Of a stretch of 64,000 bases of DNA, positions 51,906-64,000 are shown in pieces. Location: positions 340,194,001-340,258,000 of the forward strand of contig OZ024743.1 in the NCBI GenBank assembly GCA_964016885.1. The letters run 5' to 3'. The notes beneath the pieces were generated by a model. It was not told the origin of the DNA. It worked only from the letters and a program-made list of their open reading frames with translations, and did no database searches. Each line of letters starts with the position of its first letter. Within the stretch, counting starts at the first letter, position 1. This DNA comes from Eledone cirrhosa (lineage: Eukaryota). Made by a program: the position numbers and the translations under genes.

Positions 51906-52352
51906 TTTTTCTGCGACGGCCACATAGTATCAACAATAGAAAGATCAATAGAAACATCGTTTCCTTGGTCCGAATTGATGATCGCCACTTGGCTTATTTG
52001 TTTATACTTAAAATAATTGCTGGAGTTGGTTATGTTACCAATCATCTAAGAAATAATTTTTAAAATTTTGTGTTTTCAAGCAAGAAAATGACCAGCTAAT
52101 TTTCACTTAGAAAATGATTAATGGAACAGTAAAATATGCAAGAGATTTCAACACTTGTAACTCTTTATTGTCGTGGTCATTTAAATTCCATTGATGAAGC
52201 TTTGTTTCTTCTTCGGAAATCAGATCTACTTTATAGGAAGAAATTTAAGGAAATAAATAAAAGAAACATGTATACATGCATACCTATCTATATACGTACA
52301 TACGTACATACATACGTACATACATACATACATACATACATACATACATACA

Positions 52353-52386
<34 letters not shown>

Positions 52387-52387
52387 C

Positions 52388-53052
52388 ATGGTGGCTGCCA
52401 ACTCGTTTTCGAGTACGGCCACTACTTTATATCCATGTAGGAGAACCCCTACCGATGCGCTGAACGAGTGTGACTTTTTAGTTCAGCCAGCGACTTGAAA
52501 ACTCTGGTACAAACACTACACTTGTGACAATTATTGACACATAGTGCTGGGCCCATGGTACCATCTGACAACAAGTGCAGAGAGATCTCCAGATATAAAG
52601 CAATGCCTGTGCCGTGAAGCTTTTATAGCGAGCAAAGGCGCTGCACAAAGCCAGTCCCACTCTCTTAACCAAGAAGATATTTACCAAAAAGAACAAGTCA
52701 ACATCATTGGATCCAGTAATGTACTGGATAATTGCTGGCCTTGTGCCAAAAGTAGAAACAATCATTGGATACCATCAGGGTTGCAGGTGTTATATCAGAG
52801 TTTTCCTTCTCCTAGAATTCTGCCTTGACAAAGGCTAAGAGGTCATCTCTCCCGGTGATTTTGGATGGCCATTGACTCTTAAGAGCTCCTTTTCCCTTTG
52901 ACAGGTTTTGTTTTTAGTCCTGCAGGATGTCCAAAGTCACCCTCCTCACCAAGAAACCTTGGTGGGGTTGCCACTTTAGTCGCCAACGACCCGACCATGG
53001 GACAGGTTGTACTGGGATACATGTTACTAGTAGCACCAACTGGTGACCTGAC
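52388..53052 (-). mobile_element. Non-autonomous RTE-derived element, copy 5, with 48-bp SINE-tail insertion
   Basis: Same family; insert 52713-52760 flanked by atcattggat. Confidence 0.85.
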
Positions 53053-53142
53053 ATATACATACATACATACATACATACATACATACATACATACATACAT
53101 ACATACATACATACATACATACATACATACATACATACATAC

Positions 53143-55990
53143 ATGATGGCTGCACACTCTGCTAAGAATATTGCAATTGTTTGTCAGATTCAGATGTATG
53201 ACGCTCGGATATGGCAATTCAAGCCTGCTAGAGACTTGCACTCCTTTGCACACTGACAACTATGGATCTCCTTGGCCTCAGGTCTTGCATCAGGTTGCCT
53301 GTGAACCTTCACAATACCGTAGGGATCATAGTTCACTGATTCTCTTTCAACATGTCTGCGACTGTAGCTCTTGAGACCAGATTTGCTGAAGCAAATCTTT
53401 CCACACTCAGGGCACACCAATTCAATGGAGACATCGATCGTTTCGAGTGATACACTAGGGCATTGCTTATGCACATCCCGTTTGACCTTGTCGTGCTCTA
53501 TGCGACTGTCCTCAAAATTATGGACTCTATCATTCACCATTCCACGCCAAGTTTCTCTTTTAAGAGCTTCTATCTCTCGGTCATCCACCATCAAACCAGT
53601 TTTTATTTCAATGAGTCCTCTACACAATATTTGAATCGGAGCTTTGGTTTGTGAGGTGGTCTCTAACCTTTACAAAGCTCGCCATATAAAAGTTATTTCA
53701 GGATTCGATCATCCTCCATTCTGCAGAGGTATCCGGTCCATCGCAATCGTCGTTGGTGGATGATAGTTTCAATGCTCCGACACTCACTTTCCTCAAGGAC
53801 CTCATCATCACTCACATGCATCTGCCACTTGATACCGAGCATCTTTCTGAGACATTGCTGGTGAAATCGTTCCAGTCTTTTGTAGGTAACCCATGTCTCA
53901 CACGCATACAGTAATTCTGACAGTACACATGGGACATACACTTTCACCTTGGTCTTCATTGTGATTCCTCGCCTGCACCATAGACGATCGCTGAACCTTC
54001 CAAATGACTCACTTGCTTTGCTAACACGCATACCAACTTCTACATCCAGAAAGCAGGCCACATTTAGAGTACTCTCCAAATACACAAATCTGTCAGCAAT
54101 CTTCAGCTTTTTACGGTATACATATATATGAAGGGTTCATTGAAACTTTATCCGGAGCCGGTTGGTACATGACGACAGTCTTCTTCAGACTGATTGTCAG
54201 TCCCAAAGCACTGCACGCATTGGAAAAAGAATCCATAAAGTGTTGCATGTCACTCTGGGAGTGTGCAAAAAGATCTCAATCATCTGCATACAGAAATTCT
54301 CTGATCAAGGTTCTCAGTACTATAGTGTTGGCAGTGAGACGGCTGAGGCTGAATAGCTTGCCGGAAGTGCAATATCTGAGATAGATACCGTGTTGACAAT
54401 CCTTGAAGGCCATGAATAATACCATTGCGAAATACAAGGCAAACAAAGTTGGTGTTGGTATATCACCTTGCTTGACACCATTTTCAACCGATATTGGCTC
54501 CGATAGTTTACCTCCGATGTTTACCCATGCCTGCATGTCATCATGGAAGAGCTTGAGTATATTCACAAACTTTTCATGACAGCCCAATCTCTCCAAAATA
54601 TCCCACAAAGCCTTCCGATTTACGGTGTCAAATGCGTTGGTCAGATCGACAAAAACTTGGTATAATTTCATGCGCTGCTCAATGCATTTCTCTTGAAGTT
54701 GTTTGCCCAAGAAGACAATGTCAGCAGGGCCTCTGCCATTCCTAAAGCCACATTGGGACTCAGGAAGTACCTCAACAGCAATGTGGTGTATCAATCTGTC
54801 CAACAATATCATGCACAAGATCTTCCCAGCCACAGAGAGCAGGAGAATCCCTCTGTAGTTGCCACAGTCATCTTTCGCTCCATTTCCTTTGTAAAGTACC
54901 ACCATCAATGTATCTTTCCAGTCCTGCAGTACATCTTCATTCCAAACATTCACAAAGAGATCAGTGAGGCGGTCTAAGAAGTTATCACCAACACATTTGA
55001 AGATCTCGGTACTCAGTCCATCCATTCCATGTAACTTGCTGCTGTTTAATTTGGTAATGGCCTTCGCTACCTCATCAAAGGAAGGAGCATCAGCCATTGC
55101 GAGCTTTGTAGGTCTGGATGGAATCGACCAGATGAACTCATCATCAATTTCTGATGGTCTGTTGAGGAGCTCATTAAGATGGTCATGCCACCTGATCAAG
55201 ATTTCCTTCGGATCTCTGAGCAATTCCTTGCCGTCTTTGGAGCGAAGTGGTGATAATTGTGGACCGGTTGGACCATACACCTCCCTGAGTAGATTTGTAT
55301 CATGTCTATCTGAGGCGTTCTTGATTCCATCAGCCTTTTTTCTCCACCAGGTATCGTGCATGGCTCTCAAATGCCTTGATCTGCTTGAAGGTCCGGTCAC
55401 TCTTGTCAGAACGTGTCTCACACAACATTGTTTTTCTTCAAGCAAGGTCTGGATCTCTGTATCATTTTCCTAACTTCACAACAAATTGAAACTTGGCGTG
55501 CACCAGACGATGATCAGTTCAAAGTTCCGCGCCTCGCAATGCACGAACCAATGTGATATCCCTGACATTCACGTTCCCTCGTTAAAACAAAGTCAATAAG
55601 GTGCCACTTCTTGGAACCTGGATGCATCCAAGTTGTCTTATACTTGTCTTTCTGCTGAAAGAGCGTGTTCCCAACAACAAGATCCATTTCAGTGCACATC
55701 TGAAACAGAAGTAAGCCATTGTTATTGCGCTTTCCCACTCCATGCTTACCTATCTCACTCCAAGCTTCCCAGTCATTACCAACACGTGGATTAAAATCAC
55801 CAAGGATGACAACCTTTTCTGCATAGGTATACTATGGATGACCTCTTTCAAAGAAATGAGAAAAGCTAGTTTTTCATCATCACTAGCGCACATGGTTTGG
55901 AGCGTACACACTGACCAGAGTCACAAAGCGGTTTTGAATCTGAGGGACTCTCATGGACATTATCCGATCATTGACAGTAATGCTACAACT
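53143..55990 (-). mobile_element. Older RTE family copy, degraded, 5'-truncated
   Basis: TTWMHPGSKKWHLIDF, FVDLTNAFD, GVKQGD, LYADD, degenerate C2H2s; (gtat)n tail. Confidence 0.85.
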
Positions 55991-57201
55991 ACCAGTCGTG
56001 TTGAATAACAGGATATTCTTCTCACTATATCCACTGAAGACACTTTTTATTCAAATTCGTAGAGATATCCGACTAAATACATAATTCATTTTACAAGGAT
56101 TTGCTACAAACAGCATGACTGGACACAACATCAACAACAACAAGGAACGAAAACAATTTACCGAAGAAAATCAATGAGAATGGTAAACAAAATTTATTTA
56201 GTTGTAGCTATAGAAGAAACCGAAATTATAAATCGCAATTCTCTTGGAGTTACGAACCTAATGATGATTTATTTAATTGTTATAAAATGTCAAAAAGAAA
56301 TCCTTCCGTTGGCTATATGAATAGAATGACGATATATTGGGACGAAATGCATCCAGAATTAAATAACTTCACAACCAAACAATTACGCCAACAAGCGACG
56401 TTTGTTGAACGTAAAAATAAGATAAATATTATTAATTGTAAGTCCCCCGGAACAAACATGGAATCAACAACACGTGCTACAAGTCACCATGCTATTAGAC
56501 TTCCTAGGTCGAACAGTCCCTTGAAACAATATGCCGAGAAGAAATTTGACACCACGTTTACCATCTGAGTCTGCTTCGACTGTTGTAGAAAACACTATTG
56601 ATAATAATAATCAAAAGTATAAACAACTTAAATTTTCCCTCAACGAAATCTTCCAGAGAGAAATTAATTCATGTATAAACATTTCTCTTGCTGAACGTAA
56701 TAAAACAACAATACTAAATAAAATAAAACCAAATAATGAAATCTTACCTGCTATTGACAAAATTTACAACGAATTAAAACTCCCACATTTTGGCAAATGA
56801 ACGCCCGTTAACGCCTATTACTCTAGCAACGACAGTGAAGCATTATCTAGGTGATAGCAGAGATATTAACAAGAACAAAACACCACCAAAAATACCATCA
56901 TCTATATATCTAAAACAGAGAATGTCTGCCTGTCTGTCCAATCACTAAAACTCGAGAACCACCCAACCGATTGTTTTCAGACTTTACACATGTAATGCTT
57001 ATGGTCGTGTGAGTGTTTTGAGCAAACACATTTCAAATTTTCAATGCCCTAGGGACCGCATTAGGCGATCTAACGATCTCTTTCTCCCTCTCTCTATCTC
57101 TCTCTTAGTCTTTCTCTTTTTAGATAGATACATAGATATAACGTTGCGCTCTTATATCTGCCTGTATGACTGGCTGTCTGCATTACGACATTATGACCTA
57201 G

Positions 57202-57270
<69 letters not shown>

Positions 57271-57371
57271 GTGTCTGTATATATATAATGTGTAACGTAT
57301 TTCGAAATATTTACTTTTGCGTTCACAGATTCACGCAGCACGCCATTTTTCATATAGATATATATATATAT

Positions 57372-59417
57372 ATAGTTAGAGAAGCAAAAAATTGCTTATT
57401 GTGATCCAGTTCTTGGTTAAGAAAGCCAGTTTCATGGATGGTTTCAACGTACGGTTAGGGGTAACTCCACAAGTTTGTAAGAATTCCGTTCAATGTTGGA
57501 GTATAAAGTATAAATGAGAAAACACAGGTAAGCATTAAGAGAAGGATTTTATCCAGGTATTTACGACCGTTTCATTGGTAAGTGCAACCTTATATTGCTA
57601 TACTGCAAATAGCAGCCACTCAATTATAATTGTTGTTCACAGTCCAAATTTTCAAAATAGTGAGTAAGTTACTCTTGAAATAATTCTTAATATATAGAGA
57701 AAAACATTTATTTGGAATTGTATTTACTAGTATAGAGAGAGAGGAATCAGAAGGTGAGGGGACAGACGGAATAGTATAGAGAGAGAGGAAGGGGAAAGAG
57801 GTAGGAAGTAGAGTGACAAACTGAGATGGAGGGAGGAGTAGAGGTGGAAGGATTCCTTGGTCGGTTTTGATAGCAGACTTCATGTCGTGGAATGTAGTGA
57901 GTTAAAGAGAATTAAATTGATCATAGTGGGAGGGATGGATAGAGAGGGAGAGAGAGAGGGGGGAGATATAAAGAGATAAATATATATATATATATATATA
58001 GATAATTTAATATATCAACTAACATAAGCGCACAGATGCACGCCCATGCCAGCAAATACACAGGTTATGTCATAGTACCTAGGTGGTTCAATGCAGGAGG
58101 ATGCAGAACAATAATATAAAAGACGTAAAATAAGAAAATATTTAAAAAAAAAATTTTTTTTTAATTTTTTACTTACTTAAATTTTCACTCCAACTAATTA
58201 GTTTCTGCAATTATCCCATTGCAGAAACTAATTAGTTGGAGTGAAAATTTAAGTAAGTAAGTAAAAAAATTAAAAAAAATTTTTTAAAAAAATATTTTCT
58301 TATTTTACGTCTTATATATATATATATATATATATATAATGAAAAATTTGAACAGGGACAGAACAGAGAGGCAGTACAATAAATGTTTATTAAATTCACG
58401 CTCAGGAGAGTGGGGGTAGAAAATAAAGATAAAGATAATAATGACAAAAATAAAAGCAAAGAAGGGGGTGAGAAAGAGGAAAAGAAAGATAGCCAAGAAG
58501 GGGAGGGAAGGAAGGAAGAAAACGAAGAAATAGAAAAGGAATGAGGGAGAAGAGGGGGATATATGTATTGGTTTTGTGGGTAATTAAAAGGGTTTAGATA
58601 CAACAAGAGGGTATAAAGTCTAAGTATATGCAGTTTGTCAGTTGGTAGTAAGAGGTTAAGGGTTCGATTTGTAGTGCGAAAACTTCTCTTTGAGTCTATG
58701 GTTACAATAAATTGATCTTTCGATTTTATTGTTGAGTAACTTATTCTTCGAACTTAAGATGTGGAACAGCTCAAGGTCGCATAATCGACAGCTTCTCATA
58801 CCACTCCGATATGGGGGTGCGTTCGATAATTTTTTCCACTTCAGGGTGTATTGATGGTTACTTTCCCTCAGTTGCCAGGTCTTGTTTGCAAGGGTAGTTA
58901 CATAACGGTGCTGGGAATGTTTCATTGCGTAACGGGCTTTAAATGTATTCCCACTCGCTCCGATGTAATACCATTTCTGGTTGTCTGATTCCACTGTGCA
59001 TTGGTAAACCAGGTTAGACTGCATACATTCATTATGTAATGGACACGTTTCAGGAAGGTGGCAGTTACAGTTCTTGTCATGGGCAACTTTGGCATTATTG
59101 GTGGGCATTATTGGTGGGCTGCGATGCCTGTACAAGTGAGTTACGTTTTGTTTGCCTATTAGCGGGTGGTTGTGTATTAGATATTCTGTGTTCAGTGGTG
59201 ATTGTATTGTTATTGTTGTAAATTTGTGTTTTGGTGTTGTTATCTAAACCCTTTTAATTACCCACAAAACCAATACATATATCCCCCTCTTCTCCCCCAT
59301 TCCACTTCTATTTCTTCGTTTTCTTCCTTCCTTCCCTCCCCTTCTTGGCTATCTTTTCTTTTCTTCTTTCTCACCCCTTTCTTTGCTTTTATTTTTGTCA
59401 TTATTATCTTTATCTTT

Positions 59418-59454
<37 letters not shown>

Positions 59455-59921
59455 CTCTTTATATCTCCCCCTCTCTCTCTCCCTCTCTATCCATCCCTCC
59501 CACTATGATCAATTTAATTCTCTTTAACTCACTCACTACATTCCACAACATGAAGTCTGCTATCAAAACCGACCAAGGAATCCTTCCATCTCTACCACCT
59601 CCCTCCATCTCAGTTTGTCACTCTACTTCCTACCTCTTTCCCCTTCCTCTCTCTCTATACTATTCCGTTTGTCCCCTCACCTTCTGATTCCTCTCTCTCT
59701 ATACTAGTAAATACAATTCCAAATAAATGTTTTTCTCTATATATTAAGAATTATTTCAAGAGTAACTTACTATTTTGAAAATTTGGACTGTGAACAACAA
59801 TTATAATTGAGTGGCTGCTATTTGCAGTATAGCAATATAAGGTTGCACTTACCAATGAAACGGTCGTAAATACCTGGATAAAATCCTTCTCTTAATGCTT
59901 ACCTGTGTTTTCTCATTTATG

Positions 59922-59925
<4 letters not shown>
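57372..59925. mobile_element. Hydra-clade-like PLE, divergent double arm, nested in Helitron 1
   Basis: Minus arm ~57372-59240 (EN ORF 58656-59135), plus arm ~59241-59925; both 3' ends at (TA)n; homologous to 2115-7488. Confidence 0.85.
58000..58312. repeat. Mini palindromic insertion in the PLE's internal (TA)n
   Basis: Arms ~58120-58211 and 58218-58311, spacer tatccc; carries GAAACTAATTAGTT (hammerhead stem III-like). Confidence 0.7.
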
Positions 59926-59960
<35 letters not shown>

Positions 59961-61851
59961 TATATTCGTGTACAGATATTTTTGCATACACAATAACAAA
60001 ATATATACAAACGTATTTATTTCGCGATAAAGTATTGATTTTCTTCGCACGGAAAAAAGCCTAGTAATCTGTGACGAATTTTATTTATAAGCACAAAATG
60101 TAGACACCATCACGAGGCCGAGGTATTCTGTACTTTTCTGTACTGTTATATATATATATATAATTATATATTCGTGAACAGATATTTTTGCATACACAAT
60201 AACAAAGTATAAACAAACGTATTTAATTCACGAGGCTCGATAAGGATAAATATATATCAAATATATAAGAACCCTAGAGAAAATCCCGAGCAACGCCGGG
60301 CCATTCTGCTAGTATATAACTAAAATAGAAAAAAAGATTGCTGACCTACGAAAAACTATAGGATATGTGGCAATGCTCCTTAATTGCAAACAAAAAGAAA
60401 ACTTCACTTCTCACCAACAAAGAGTAAAAAATAAAATAGAAACGATATTTGGTGACAGTACAACCAGAACTCTTCAATATAAGCTGATCACCCTCAAATA
60501 AGAATTGAGAGCTGTCAGCGAGAAACGTCGATATCTGAATAGGTTAGAAGAAAGAAAAGTACTTAATAAAAGATTCAGTCGAAACCAAACATCAGTCTCT
60601 AAGGATATGAAGAGCAAAGTAATAAATGTCACTGAGGCCCCATCACAGAAAGACAAACAAAGATTCATTCTGGAGAAAAATATGGGATGAAAAGATGCAG
60701 TGTGTCTAAAAGAAATCTAAAAGAACTATTGCTCCTACACTACAACAAAAACATACGAAATAAATGAAGATACCCTTGAGACTGTGATAGGAAAACTCCA
60801 AGATAAGAAAACACTAGGAAGAGACATGATTGTCGGCTACTGGTACAAGAAACTGATATTCTATCGGATGTATCTTATCGACCTCTACCAACAAGTTCTT
60901 AACACGTACACCAGAATGGTTGACATTAACACAAACATTACTGGTCCCCTAGAATAAAGACACCCACTTGGCAAAAAAAAACTACCGTTCCATTGCATAC
61001 CAGAACCTGATGTATAAGATGTATACAGCCTGCCTGAACCTATTTCTCCAGGGTCACTGTGAGAATAACATCATCACAGATGAACAAGCAGCTGGAAAGA
61101 AAAGTGTTTGGGAGTATGCTGAACAACTCCTAATCAACAATAATGCGATGTCGGAGGTCCGATAACTTTGGAGGAATATGACTACAGTCTGGCTGGACTA
61201 CAAGAAAGCTTTCGATTCTGTTTCCCACTCTTGGGAGATAGAGGCCATCCGACTTGCTAAAGTCCCAGACATTATTATCAGAGCCATAGAGAAGCTGTCT
61301 TCTTCTTGTGCTACTATCCTAAAGTTAAAAACAGAGAAGGGGGATTCTATTTTCACTGATAAAATAGAATATCACAGGGGTATATTTCAAGGAGACAGTC
61401 TCTCTGTGATATTATTTATCCCGTCATTAAACCCTTTGTCCTTTCTGCTCAAGAAATGTGAAGGATACATCAATGGCTCACAAAAGACCAGAAATACAAA
61501 CTTAACCCATAATTTCTTTGTGTATCTGAAACTCTATGCCAAGAACATAAATTGAATGAAGAAAAATCTTCAACATTAGCAATGGAGTTTGGCCAAGATA
61601 AATGTCCATATATGACTGTGATGCGGGGGAAAACTACAACCCAATCTAACAGCATAACCGATATCTGACGAGGACTGCTACAGATACCTGGGCATAGATG
61701 AACAAATATCCTATAATGGTATTTGTAATAAGGAACGCGTAACCAGGGAATATTACACCTGATTAAGAAAAATATGGCAACGACAGCGAAAGATTATCTT
61801 TATCATAACAGAGATGTTAACAAAAACAAAGCACCACAAAAAATACCATCA

Positions 61852-63956
<2,105 letters not shown>

Positions 63957-64000
63957 GATATTACAAAAATAGAAAAAAAGATTTTTGACCTTCGGAAAAC

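Larger units (their letters stand above)
56901..60312 (+). mobile_element. Non-autonomous Helitron 1
   Basis: 5' TCTATATAT, 3' hairpin cccgagcaacgccggg then CTAG; inserted between A and T with no TSD. Confidence 0.8.
56110..61776 (+). mobile_element. Decayed Dong/R4-clade LINE interrupted by a Helitron
   Basis: GYMNRM..YW N-terminal motif, YRSIAYQNLMYK, WLDYKKAFDSVSHSW, GIFQGDSLS, YRYLGI; reading frame KIPS|YITKIEKK continues across the Helitron. Confidence 0.75.

Overview
AT-rich, microsatellite-dense animal DNA, most likely cephalopod/Octopus-like (inferred from SINE and LINE types), made almost entirely of nested transposable elements. No intact host gene was found. Penelope-like elements (PLEs): one apparently intact, very young copy (17159-20791; RT + GIY-YIG, ~160-aa Asn-rich insert), two Hydra-clade-like insertions, Neptune-like fragments and many mini remnants. 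Most are two divergent arms with both 3' ends abutting (TA)n, and several carry hammerhead ribozyme motifs. RTE LINEs: three copies of a family ending in three C2H2 fingers (one intact ORF, 38993-42538) sharing a probably transduced 5' leader, one older RTE, and five ~610-bp non-autonomous derivatives, mostly chained head-to-tail through (CATA)n. Also a Tx1/L1-like LINE replacing part of an RTE, a decayed Dong/R4 LINE whose two homologous segments each hold a Helitron at the same nucleotide, CRE-like 3' fragments and tRNA-derived SINEs. All calls come from reading the sequence by eye; boundaries are approximate and no searches were run.
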